Positions 44,147 to 56,631 of a stretch of 64,000 nt of DNA are shown here, piece after piece (the stretch's first letter is position 1; every line of letters begins with the position of its first letter). Source of the stretch: Vermamoeba vermiformis (Eukaryota); assembly GCA_045837725.1 (NCBI GenBank), contig JBEWZL010000184.1, forward strand, positions 310,001-374,000. Direction: 5' to 3'. The notes below the pieces were generated by a model, which worked only from the letters and a program-made list of their open reading frames with translations, was not told where the DNA came from and did no database searches. The position numbers and the translations under genes were made by a program.

Positions 44147-47100
44147 CTAATCCCAATCATCGTCATTGCTCGTCTCGGATGGTGAAGTAGCTTCTTGCAT
44201 CTCAAAGCGACGTGCGGCCATAGCTTGAGCCAAAGTATCCGCCAAAGACCTACAACCAAAAACATTAGAGAACCATAATATATTTTTTTTAAGGAGGATA
44301 AATACGTACTTGGTTTGTTTTTGATTTAATCCTTTAATGTCGGGCAAAGCTTGATCTCCTTTATCGACTTTTTTTAATTTAGTGCCTTGTTGGATCTCGG
44401 TAAGTAATGTGGCTATAATAAAATAAATTAGAAATCAAGTTCAATAATAGATCCGTTTTTTCTTACCTCGAGCAGGCGGTGGAGGCGGCAGATCGGCCAA
44501 GATCGATTTCTTTACAGTCGGAGATTTGGCTTCTGCGGTAATAACTGGTGGTGGAGGTGGTGGGGGTGGTGCAGCACTTGCCATATTTGGCGATTGTTGT
44601 GGTTCAGATGGACTTTCAGCGGGCTCGACAGGTGTCACTTGACGCTCAACGATTACAACTTCAGGCTTAGTTTCTACGGGTTGTTGCGCCTCCACGTGCT
44701 CGTCTTTCATGAACGCGGGTCTTGGTGGCAATGGAGGAGGTTTTTTGACTTCAACGACAATACTCGCTTGAGGCTCGTGATCCACATCCGGTGAGGTAGT
44801 GGCGTTAGTGTTATTTACAATAGCCTCATTTGATTCTTGCAGTTGTTGTCGTTCTTCTTGAATAGCTGCTGCTTGTTGCGTCTCTACGGCGTCGTTGATG
44901 ACGTTGACGACGAAATTGAACGTCTCCATGTCTTTAATGTCTTGCTTGCGAATGCCTGCTTGCCTAAAGATCTCTTTCCATTCTGCGGGGATATTTGTAA
45001 TCTATTGATAAGAAAGGTTAACATCTTGACGAAAATTTTGAGATCGAATCTGTTTTGTAACGCGACAGTTAATCCGTTAAATCAATTAATTTCTATCGTT
45101 TATCACTCAATATACTTACTTGGAACTCTCCTTTGTCATCTACGCCGATATGAGAGGCGTGCTTAAAGTTTGAAGGACCGCTGATCTGAAAATCTTTCGG
45201 AGCGGAAGAAGAATCGCTCTTGCCAAAGATTTTATCGAAGAATCCTCGCTTGTTTTTCTTATCTTTGTGCTTTTTCTTCGAGCTGGTGTCATTATTATTA
45301 TTAGAAGCTTGCTGCGCTGGCTGAGCTTGAACTGCAGGCAACGGCGCAGCTGATTTTTGTTGTTTTTCGGCTTCAAGCTCTTCTTTTGTTTTAGGTACGG
45401 TATTCTTGAAGTATAATACTACAATATCATATATTAGCAACTTTGAATCCAAAATAGCATTATTTTCTTCAAATCTGGAATTCTCAAATCCGATCGAAGT
45501 TGCCTAACATTACCTTTACTATGCAAATCTTTAGCGTCTTGCTCGTTAAATAATTTTAAGCCATAAATCAACGGATTATGCTCTGAGGTTTCAAAAGTAT
45601 GGAAGGTCGGAGTTGCTTGTTGATAAATAAATCCTTTATGGAACCTGTGCTCCCAAACTGCACTGCAAGTCTATTATAAAATATATATCAGTGTCTGTGT
45701 ACACACCATATTCAAGCTTGATAAGGAGATAAAAAGGTATCGACGCCGATGGGATTTGAACCCACGCGGGACTTCGTCCCAATGGCTTAGCAAACCATCA
45801 CCTTAAACCGCTCGGTCACAGCGTCTTGATTGAAAGCAACTGCGCGAGGGTTAAGCGGGTCGTGAAAAAGATCAGCTAGCCTTGCCTAGACGTGTCTTGG
45901 CCAAGACTAGTCTTTGGTAGTGCAGATCTGCTACTTTCGACACCTTTTCTCAACTTGTATATGAAAGCATAGGACAGGTACTTACATCTCGTTTGTACAG
46001 TCTCAAGACGTAGCTCTTTCGCACGTAATCGACGGCGAGGATCAAAATGCCGTTGAGATTAGTGACTTCCCATTGACCTTGGTGCGCGATCAAAAGTACA
46101 CCGAGAGTGATGTGTTTTAGCTGTAAAAGAGGATAGTTTGTAAATATATGCGATATAGTGTTGAATGAATCGTTATTCTTACCTCTAATGAGCCTAATTT
46201 CGACTTGACAGTGTCAATTTCTTCTTGGCGCAGATCCTCCACTAGATTTTGTCAGTATCACAAATCTAAATAATGAAACTACTTGTACGTACTGTCCTCG
46301 AGGTCTTCGTGCTTGACTTTGAGCAATTGCTTCGGAGTCTCATCTTCTACTGCAGGCGCCACGTTAGGTGTAGCGATGTAATCGTCGACAATGGACAGCG
46401 CACCCAATGCTTTGACGTGCGTGTCAGAAGCAACTTCAACGTGCTGATGCGCGTCTACATTTGATGTAGGCTCTTCGGTGACATGTGGTGTCACTTCGGG
46501 TGAAGCAGCTGTGTCGTTGTTCGTGTCACCTCGAGGCGTCGATTGAGAACTCGACGAGTTGTTTGCTCTGGGACTAGGCTCAGCAGAGCTCGTGTTGTTT
46601 TCTTCGCTGATCGATGAAAGGTTCCTAGGAGATCGATTCGGAAGCACTTCAACCTTCCAAATGCCACTGCGAGGTTGGCCGTCATCGCCATTCTGTTGTT
46701 GGTTCTCGTCTTTAGTCTGCTCAGAAACGATGCTATTAACATTGGTAATGCTGTTCGGAGTCTCTTCGTGACGTGGAATGGGCTGTGAGGGCTCTTCAGG
46801 GACGATATGGACTTCAGGTACAGCGGGTAGATCTCGCGGACTTTGGCGAGTCACGTGATTTTCCACAACAGCGTGGTGCTCTTCATTAGCGTGTTGTGCT
46901 TGAACATGATCCATATTTAGTTGCAAGCTATCGTTTGGCCCCGAAGAAATTTCATCTTTTTGTCGCTGTTCATTTGACTGCGTGTCATCAGGAGTCACGA
47001 CATGTTCAATATTTGTGAGCGTCTTTTTAGAGTCCTCACGTTGAATATGGGGATAACTTCGAGGTTCTTGTACGACATGGAAGTATTTAACATGTTTTTT

Positions 47101-47536
47101 CTCGTTCGTGTCAGCATTAGCATTGGATGTCTGCTCGATCGAGAAGTTTTCTTGCGAGTGTGATGGAGTCTAATAAATGAAATTTGATTATATGCAAGCG
47201 TGAATATATTATGCAAGATTGGAGTGATTAGAGCCCATCTTTTAAATCCTAAAATGGATGTGGCCAAATGATCTTGAATAATTTTTGCAAAATTAACCAT
47301 ATTCGATTCTAAATAATACCAATAATTCAACATAATTATAGGCAATAACCTACCGATGAATTGCTTGCATTTGAATTACTTCTATCAAATAAACTTCCAC
47401 TACTGCTACTGAAACTGTCTCTTCTTTTATTGCCGCCCTTAGGGCTGTTTAACTGTCCTTTTGCTCGTTCTTTTTCTTCATTAGACTGCCGCACCTTCTC
47501 TTCAAATAAAGCTCGCAGATGCGACACGCGGCTCAT
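44147..47536 (-). CDS. WASP-family protein (long N-terminal extension, WH1, CRIB, poly-Pro, WH2, acidic tail)
   Basis: WH1 (W..TNLNGIL..YVLRLY, VWEH..Y..TPTFHTF..YGL); CRIB ISGPSNFKHASHIG; PPPPPPPP; WH2 LLTEIQQGTKLKKV; C-region LADTLAQAMAARR; ends NDDDWD*. Confidence 0.88.
45731..45735 (-). terminator. Pol III T5 terminator for tRNA-Ser
   Basis: TTTTT 5 nt downstream of the tRNA 3' end on the minus strand. Confidence 0.7.
45741..45825 (-). tRNA. tRNA-Ser(GCU), intronless, with long variable arm
   Basis: GACGCTG/CGGCGTC acceptor stem with G discriminator; anticodon arm ATGGT-TTGCTAA-GCCAT; variable arm GGGAC-GAA-GTCCC; T arm GTGGG-TTCAAAT-CCCAT. Confidence 0.95.
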
Positions 47537-47891
47537 TGTATGAATTCAATTTTGCTTTAATTATTATTCCAGCAGTGTTCAATTGTGCTTATGTCTATTC
47601 AACCAATTAATTGTAGATTGTTGTCGAAACAAAGTATCTACTTGATTCGCGTGTCGTGTTATTTCATTGAGTTTTACGCTTTGAAATATTGCAAGAATTT
47701 CGTGCACAATATCTTTTCGGATCTGGGCTTAGCCGGCAGTTTACAACATTGGTATAATATCAGTATACCACCACTAGTGTACTCCTATCCAAATTATTGC
47801 CCATTCTTAGTAAAGCCAACCGAAGAAGTTGAAAATGGATCCGTACATCCAAATCTGTCCGTACTTTCGGTTAAAAACCGTTTATATCCTA

Positions 47892-49012
47892 TTATTTACT
47901 TGAACGAGGAACAATAGTAAATAATTGAGCCCAATGATCAGACAGCTCTTCTCCTCGTGGTTGTTTTAAGACATCCAAGTTGATCACATCCAATTTCATC
48001 AGTTCATAGTCGTCCAATCTATCAATAGCCCAACAATAGTCTATGCGTTGGTTAGCGCCATCCCATAATACTAAAGAGTTTTCCGATGAATAAGTAGCTT
48101 GTTCGGCCTTTCGGTTCTTTTTGCAATACTCCGCGTGTAGATCCCGAGCAGCGAAAAGTTCGGTTATTTGATTGTACCATTTAGTATCCGCGGGGATATT
48201 AAAGTCGCCTAGCATCACCATAGCTATATTTTCGGCCTTTGCTCTGCCCTGCAAAGCCGGATCCAACAATAAAGTTTTCATGAACTAAAAAAATTTTGGT
48301 TAGATCCTATCCAATTAGGTAGATTTCATTATATATGTATATTCAAACTTATTGTATAATATTGGTTGCTTACTTGAGCGATTTCAATCATTTGGTGTTT
48401 TTGAGAAGTTCTGTTCGACGGATCCAGATGTGTATTTACAACAATTAAGTATTTCTCGGGTCCCCATCGAGAAGACATGTCTAGTAATATAGCTTGTAGT
48501 CCTTTTTTCGATTTTGTTTGGCTCACAGTGAATTTATGACGCCATACTTTCAGTTGCGAAAAGTCCTATCGTTAGAAGGCGATTAAAATTCGACAAATTA
48601 CATCTAAAATATTCTCAAAAATATTTAATATAAGAATATGCTACTTAGGAGTCTATTTTTTAAGTACCTTATTATTTGCAAACCACAATCCTCCGTTACT
48701 TTTCAAATAAAATCTAACTGAATCAAGAACTGAGGCACCATAGCCAAATAAATTCCAGCTAGTATTTTCAGGCGCTATTTGATGCGAATTAACCATTGGT
48801 GCTTGCAACAGATCGACCCGTGATCCCCAAACTTCTTGCAATACGACCAGATCGCATTTCGCCGCTAATTTTCCAATTTTTTCAGCACGTTTGTCTTGAT
48901 TGACGCATGATGAGTTGTTTTTATCGACCAGTAAGCCTGGAATTAAATAACAATTCATTGCGAAGATTGTGACTGCTTCTGAAGGCTTTGATCCGTTATC
49001 TGAGCGCTCCAT
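47892..49012 (-). CDS. Endonuclease/exonuclease/phosphatase (EEP) family, neutral sphingomyelinase-like
   Basis: FAMNCY, VVLQEVW, NGGL, KKG, VNTHLD, LGDFN, RIDY, LSDH motifs in three exons. Confidence 0.88.
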
Positions 49013-49268
49013 AGTATATTTAAGTTATCGTTTGTTGCTTACAGCCGATTCAAATAGAATAAATACGCTTAAGCACAGAATTCAGTTTTTAAAATCGAAA
49101 CTCACGCAAGCAATTTCAAAGAATGAAGAAGAAAAAATCCGAAATTTGCAAGGCCGATCACGTTTTAATTAATCAATACGTCCACATTTTCAAATCAATG
49201 CCAACGCGTAACTGATCCGAAGAAAAATAAATAAGGTTGTTTTAATTGTTCAAATAAATAAGTCGCAG

Positions 49269-50732
49269 CTATGATATGATACAATCTTTATCGTCTCCTT
49301 CCGTCTTCTTTTCCTCCTCGCTCTTGGTTTCTCGTTGATTAGTATTATTATCAGTATTATTGTTGTTATTTTCAGATTTTTTCTTGTCGTCTTTAAATAG
49401 CCCAGTAATGAACCTCGAAGTTACATTGAAAAAGCTCTTTGTCCTCTTCATACTCTTCTCGTTAGTTGTAGTAGCATTAGCTCTCGTTCGTCCAGCTGGC
49501 CTAACATTATCTTCATTTTGCTGTTGGTCTTGATTTTCGGATCCATTTTGAACTGCGTTAGAATTAGCCCTATTATTGTTTTTATTGCTACTATCGGTCT
49601 GCCGCCTCGGGGACTGCGATTTGTTGGTAAAATCTTGAATATTCTTCGGAGGATTGGCGTTGTTATTCATTGCTCGTTTTCTAACAATTTCTCTAATCAA
49701 GGTGTCATAGCAATGTTTAAGTGTATCCGCTGTATCATTGGTCGCTGATATCGATAATATTCTTAATCCGTACATTGTTGCTTGATCCAGCGAATCCTGT
49801 TCGCTAACGTTTCGGTAATTTACTAAATCGGTCTTATTCGCAATTAAAATGATAGCCGCGGCAGGATTAATACTAAAATAATACTCGTATTAATATATTT
49901 TGTGCTTGGAAAGTACTGCAGTAAACGTTAAAGGCCAATCAAATGAGAAACAGGTGACACGTGTCACAATGTCACCATCTGACACGCAACAAATACTTTG
50001 GAATTCAATGAAGTGTGCTAGCGGTATAACGAAGTATATAAACATACGCTCTAACGTAGTCGATGTAACCGTTCACTGAATCATAGGACTGTCTGTTATT
50101 GACGGCGTAAATGATCATAACGCCGTGACTCGCTTTAATGTAGTTTTCGCGTAGCAATCTATTTAAAATATGTTAGCTTATTCACATCAGTGTATTCTAT
50201 TATTTTTGAAATATTTAACTCGAGAGCAATTAAAATGTATGCGGAGTTCACCGTGATCCAACAAAAAAAATTGAGCTTTGTGCATTAAATTAATTAATTT
50301 ATATTCGCTTATTTCGCTTACTTGTATTCTTGCGGCGTATTATAATCGAGAACTTGAAACACGAAGGAGCGGTGATCAACGGTGGATTGACTTCTGTTAG
50401 AAAAAAGTTAGAATTAGCAATTAAGGGTTTAACGCCAATATACGTGATAATTATGATCGATAATAATATTCAGAGTACAAACAAATTAAATTGTGGCTAG
50501 TGTCAAAAGATTTCAAAAATTTAAAGTGGATCTGAAATTCGGTGACGCTTGGAAAATTATTAATTACCTGAATCTACCATTATTTATCGTATTATTCATT
50601 CCCCGAAGCGTTATCGTTGTTTTTCCGGTGCCTGGATCGCCTGTTAATTATTGCAACGAGTTAATTCGGGCAGCGGGATACTTGAGGCAATAAATACTGA
50701 CCTAATAGACCTATAACATATTCTTCTGTCAT
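49269..50732 (-). CDS. Atypical Ras-superfamily small GTPase with long Asn-rich tail and CAAX box
   Basis: LLGDPGTGKTT (G1), LRENYIKASHGVMIIY, IILIANKTD (G4), ISA (G5), C-terminal CIIS; 5 exons joined in frame. Confidence 0.85.
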
Positions 50733-51732
50733 GGTGCAGTATTGATTTCGTTATCGAATCTTTTGTGCGTTGTGTTCACCGATCCGGACTTTTAAATTAT
50801 GTGCGCCAATAGATGAACAACATTGATTCGTTTCAAAACTTCAACGCAAATCATTCACACTTGTATTAAGTTAATAAGCACCGATAGGAAGTCTTAGGAC
50901 AAAGACTGAGAAATCCGTTCGAGAATCTTCTAATCCACCAACTGAGTTCTGGTCGCACGAATTCAATTTTCCAGCATTGTATTTAATAATGAAATATTAG
51001 TTTACAGCTCAAGTGCTCCGATTGATGATCCACCGGTTTAAAATCCAAACAATACATTGGTAAAAAGGTAGGTGTTTAATTGATTGAAATATTCCAGCAT
51101 TGCCACCAAATAATTTTAATATTTTACTTATATTGGGGCAATTAATCCTTATCAATGGGACCATTTCTCAAATTTTTGAGATTTGTTTCCTCACGCTACT
51201 CGACTGCACACCAACGAACTTTAAATGCGATATAGATAAATAAACTAATAGTAATTCGTGTTTGGTAGGTCTTAATAACTCAAGAAAAGGCCGGGAACGA
51301 TGTTACGATTTTTCGTAATTACCGAAAAGACACGGACGCGGACTTGGCTAAGTCCCAACAGCATAAGAAAAGTCACACTCACGCGGTTCGATTGCCATCC
51401 TAGACTCATGGGACACGCAAACGGTAATTTCTGAAATTTACTTGAGGCTCCGCGGAGAACTTTTTCGAATCTAGATGCAGCAAACTTCGAAGGAGTTTTA
51501 TTGGGAAAAAGAACGTTCCATTGCTTCTACGTCATTCTCAGAGTTTGAAAAAGAAACAGAAAATTCGAAAACACGTGAGAGAAGTTTCCATAAAAGGAGT
51601 TCGGAAGACTTTAAAAAGCAATTTCATCCCAGTTTTCATTTAATGACAAATAGTTTAACAAAGAGCAACACATTAAATGCGCCAACATCAAAATCAAGAA
51701 TTATTTCAAAGTCGAACACCACATCTGAAAAC

Positions 51733-52530
51733 ATGAACACGATCAACGTTTTAATTCGAAACCTTGAGGGTAACAAATACCCTGCTACTATAGAGCTTAC
51801 CTCTACCATCGCGGAAGTTAAGAAGGCTGTCGCGGAGATGATCAACATTCCTGCCAATCAACAACGAATGTTTTTCTCGGGATCTGAATTACCCGGAGAA
51901 ACGGTCGTCGGAACTCTCGGCCTTCGGGACGGATCTGCTTTGTTCGTGGTAAAAGGTGTTGCACCCGCCAAGCCTGCCTACCAACAACCGTTCGGAAACA
52001 CCAATGTCTTCGGCTTGAAGAACAGGACCTGGGTAGTTTCCAAGTTTGACCAAGGTCGCATCCGCATTCCCGAAGAGGCCCGATTGCATCACTCATTGCT
52101 CGTAGAGTTCTCCAAGAACACTAAGATCATCGTACCTAAGAAGATCAACCATATTGAACTCGTTGGATGCCAAGACGTAACTATCATCTTCCGCGGAGTA
52201 ATTTCCTCGATCGAAGTAACCAGATGCGAGAACATCAAGTTGTTCAATTTCGGACCTTCAAGCACTATCCAAGTAGATTTATCTAAGGCCGTTCATATCT
52301 ACTTGTCGCCCGGAGTCCTCGACGTCGTCAAGATCGTCACATCCAACACTGGCGATGTTTTCATCAAATCCATTTACGACCAATCAGCGGAAGAAATTTT
52401 ATTGCCGATTTCTTACTTCTCGGAGCAAATGGTCTCGCAGTACGATAAGGAGACTAAAGAAGTAAAGACTATCAACAGCAAATTGCTGAAAAGTCCTGAG
52501 GGCGGCTACACCATGATCTCAGATCTCTAA
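51733..52530 (+). CDS. Ubiquitin-like domain fused to CAP C-terminal (CARP) beta-helix; intronless; ORF open from 51475
   Basis: INVLIRNLEG..TIAEVKKAV..IPANQQRMFFSG.EL (Ubl); KINHIELVGC..VISSIEVTRC..TIQVDLS...IYLS (C-CAP-like). Confidence 0.8.
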   Translation: MNTINVLIRNLEGNKYPATIELTSTIAEVKKAVAEMINIPANQQRMFFSGSELPGETVVGTLGLRDGSALFVVKGVAPAKPAYQQPFGNTNVFGLKNRTWVVSKFDQGRIRIPEEARLHHSLLVEFSKNTKIIVPKKINHIELVGCQDVTIIFRGVISSIEVTRCENIKLFNFGPSSTIQVDLSKAVHIYLSPGVLDVVKIVTSNTGDVFIKSIYDQSAEEILLPISYFSEQMVSQYDKETKEVKTINSKLLKSPEGGYTMISDL

Positions 52531-52735
52531 AGAGACAAAAAGAACAAATCTCCTGTAAATAGCTTGTCTATATAGTACTTGTAAATACCAAATTTCATGT
52601 AGATAATGTACATAGACGCTTCAACTCGTCAAAATCAATACAATAAACTAAATTTCAAAAAAATGATTACGTGGATCCAATTTTTATTTACAACAATAGC
52701 AATATATAATACATTAGCAATACTTTACAATAACC

Positions 52736-54012
52736 TTACTTATCTTTTCGAAGAGATAGCGACAGCTTTTTTGTTTCGGCAGGTTTGTTATTAGTTTTGC
52801 CAAATAAGGAAAATCCAGCCTTTCGTTGCGATGACTCGGCTGTCTTCGGCGATGTCGCAGTATTATCGCTTTTTTCATCGACTTCAATCACCTCTTTCTC
52901 TTTTGTCGGTGTCTTTTCCTTAGTTTTACTGCTGATTTTGTTCGTAGATGCAGCGCTGTCGCTCGAAGAATTCTTATTCGGGCTAATAGCTTTATGTTCT
53001 ACTTCGCTCTTTTTGTCGTCTACTTTAGTATTATTATCACTCTCATCGTCATCGTCGTCAAAGAAATCATTGTCTGAGTCCGAATCAATCTCGATGTTGT
53101 TGCGCGGAGGTGACTTTTGACTCTTTTGTACGCTCGTGTCATTTCTCTTTTCGCTCTTAGTATTGTCTATTATCATCTTATCGCCACCCTCTTTCTTATT
53201 ATCGGTATTTGAAATCGTTGTGGTTGCGACGTTTGTCGTGGATGTGACCGGAGTGTCATTGGTCATCGCGAATTTTCTGGTCCATTCTTTAGCAGTCTCG
53301 ACAAATTGAGCGTAATTATTCTTATATTCGCTACTCTGTATAATATAAATTAATTAACAATTAACGAGCTTTTTTTACGCGAGATCAAAAATTCGATCGA
53401 CAAGAAGCACTTACAATCTCAGCAACGAGACCATCGTCAGGATTAGGTGCTGATAATAACAACCTAATTGATAATAATACCGAGCTTAAATTGCTAGCAG
53501 GCTTCCACTCGCCCTATTTTAAATTAATTTTAGTATCAGATCCTGATCAAAGAACAAAATCTCTAATGATTAAATTTACCTTTTCGCCGCCAACAACAAG
53601 AGTGCTCAAGCATATACGACCAGCACCATCAATATTAGGATGGTAAATTCGCGTAGCAAAGCGAACTTTTGGTGGATCGAAAGGATAACGCTCTGGAACG
53701 CTTATTTCGAGCTGAAAATTTCCTTTCTCGTAAGGAGTATTTTCTGGACCTTGAATAACTGCGTAATATAAATATTAAAATTAATTAGAATTTGCTAGAA
53801 TTTTTCTCAAATAATTGAAAATTGAAAATGAAACAGCTTGGCTAAATAACGATAGCTGGTCCTGATATCGATAATTTAATATTAAAACTATTATTACCTG
53901 CTTCAAGCTCGAAGATCTGATCCTCGGATTTAGGCCAACAAGACACTCCTGGAGGCGGGTCCTTCTCCAACATTTTGAGCTCCTTTTGCACGCGCACTAA
54001 TCTGGTACTCAT
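52736..54012 (-). CDS. UBE2T: Ubiquitin-conjugating enzyme E2 T-like, with acidic/basic tail
   Basis: [53 protein letters not shown] (catalytic Cys), W.P, PNPDDGL. Confidence 0.85.
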
Positions 54013-54196
54013 AGCAAATGATTTCTAGCGAGGTATGTTGCTCAAATTCTTCGGATGCGCAAAGTGACAAATCTCCCGCGCATTTTTTAAATTTTTAACG
54101 GCTAGTACAAAAAGAAAATTTCTGATTTCCTTTCGGTTTTTTTAACACGACCGATTTGACAGTTGCAACAACTGCACCTTGCGATAATTTTTTTCA

Positions 54197-56397
54197 ATGG
54201 ATCCTAAATTATTATCGCCAGACAGCAAGCGGATTTTGCACACGCCGAAACAAAAAGGCAGCGTGATCCTCAGAAATAAGAAGTACCGCCATAACGACGA
54301 TAAACGAGAAAAAGGAAAGCACGGCGAGGTATTTTTTGTATTAAAAAGCCCAACAGCGGTAGAAAAACCTCGATCAAGGTTCGCGATCAAGAAACAGCCG
54401 ATCAAAAGTCCTAGGAACTTAAAAGACAGAAGTTATCGCGAATTTTTTATTTTACGACAGTTAAATAAGCTTAAGCTGCAGAGTAATCACTATATTAAGT
54501 AAGTCCAAGCCATATATTTATTTTAAATATTGACCTAAAATTATTCTTACTTTAGCGAGGAAGATTTTGGCTTTGTGGGCCTCATCGATTGGTTTAAAGG
54601 CAAAGAGGATTTGCAATACATGGTACGTGACGAGAATCTTCACTTTTTCTTCGAAATTAATTTGTTTTTTACGTTTGATCCATTACTAACCGTCCTTTTC
54701 GTGCAGCACTTCGTTCTTGAATGCGCCGATATGACATTAAATGAATATAAGTCGCTGACATTGTACGAATACAAGTCTATCTTCTTCCAGATCCTTTTTG
54801 CTTTATACGTCGCGCAAAAAGAATACCAGTTCGTACATAATGATCTCCATTTAAAGGTATGTAAATACTATCATATTAATCGACATCATATTTATTAACA
54901 ATTTACTAGAATATTCTGTTGAAAGCGCCCAACCAGCCAAATACTTTGTCCACTTTCAAAGACGACGATACTACGTGGTAAGTACTCGAGCAATACCATT
55001 AAAAAATGGCGATATTAATATAATTACTATTATTTAGGTACGCTATGGGCTATATTGTCAAGATTAGTGACTTCGGCTTGAGTCGCATCCGAACTGACAA
55101 GAACGAGATCGTGCACAACTACGACTTTCCACTCACGTATCATTTTACTGCTGATACTGATATCGTACGTATAATACGTATTATTAAGTTATATTGGTGC
55201 TAATACTATGCCTTAGAACAAAATTGTTGATGAGTTCTCAAAAATCAAGATTAAGCCGGAGAGCTGGGTGACCGAAGAAGATCGAAAAGCGGGCAAGAAC
55301 CTTGCGGATATCGAGAATATTAAGAAGTGAGTAATTAAAAATTTAAATCATTCCTAGAAAAGTAGATCTAAGCCAAAAACTTTAGGAATCAATTACGCGA
55401 TCTGAGAAAGAAGCTGAAAAGGAACCTTCCGCTTAAAGATGCTCTTAGGAACCCATTCTTCGATGAGCTGAAGCATAAGCCTATTAATGTTGACGAGAAG
55501 AAGGAGGTAACGGCGCCGATCGAGACCATAAAAGTCAAACTCGACTTTGAAAATCTTGGTGGCGATGGCGTTGGCCGAATTTCTCCTATTAAGAGCGTAA
55601 GAGCCGAGAATAAGGAGAATTCCGTCAATAACGTCGAAAAAACTGTCTCGTCGCCGACTAGATCCGTTCAACGCGCGCCACTTGCAGATGTGACCAACAA
55701 AAAATCAACCAAGAAGACAGTTAAGAGCGTCAAAGGAAAGACTACACGTCCAAAGCCTGTCGAGAATATTACAGAAGTTAAGAGCATTGAAATAATGCCT
55801 CCAGAAGAAGTAGATCTGGCCGAGCGACTTTTATCGAAATTAGTTAACGTATTAAAGTCATCGCCCAAGAAAAATAAGCCATCGCCTAAGAAGAAGATAT
55901 CGGTGAAGAATATATTTGCCGCGGCTACAGCCAAGGATGACAAGAACAATAATAACAAAGACGACGAAAACAAAGAGGATCCGAATCCAAGCAAGAAATC
56001 TAGCAAGAAGGCTAAAGAGTCGAAGAAAGAAGAGAAGAATAGTCGAAAACGAAAGAGAGACGAAGATGAGGTCGTTGAAGAGGTCAGATCTTCTAAAAGA
56101 TTGAAGCTGAAACAAGAGTCGATCCAGATCTCCCTTGTCGAAGAAGAAAAGCCAAAAGTAACCAAAGATACTAAGAAGAAGATTAAAGAGGAAAAGGCTA
56201 AGAAAGAAAAGGTTCCTAAGGAAGTTAAAAAGAGCGAGAAGGCAGCCAGTACAAAGAAACGGAAACGAGATGCGACAGAAGAGACCGATGAAAGACCGTC
56301 AAAGAAGTCTAAATCAGATGATAGGCCTTCGAGGACGAGAATCAAGCTTGAGAAGTTCATGGCTGGCACATCCGAGAAGAAAAAAAGCAAAAAGTGA
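54197..56397 (+). CDS. Atypical (haspin-like) protein kinase with long K/E-rich C-terminal tail
   Basis: GKHGEVF, FAIKK, REF, SIFFQILFALYVAQKEYQFVHNDLHLKNILL, VKISDFGLSR; no APE motif seen. Confidence 0.8.
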
Positions 56398-56631
56398 GCT
56401 TCGGATTGCAAGCTCGTTTATTCCTTGTATTATTTACTTTTAATATTAAAATTTAATCCAAAAAAGATACAGTAGCGACGTACCATTTTTATTATAGTTA
56501 CTTTCTTTAAAGCAGATCGACGTACAAGTGCACTTCAACGAATTTTTAATCAAATACTATTTATTCTATTGGCATTTTTAATAATACATGTACTTTTACA
56601 TAATTAGAAATATATATATATATTTATCTAC

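Noticed and set aside
35482-54012. EME1 and UBE2T as a Fanconi/crosslink-repair cluster
   Set aside because: 14 kb apart with several unrelated genes between; no shared regulatory signal seen.
55668-56411. 247-aa F/L/S-rich minus-strand ORF, and similar ones at 57-311, 37085-37357, 52785-53120 and 60712-61320
   Set aside because: Antisense shadows of K/E/S-rich coding exons; not independent membrane proteins.
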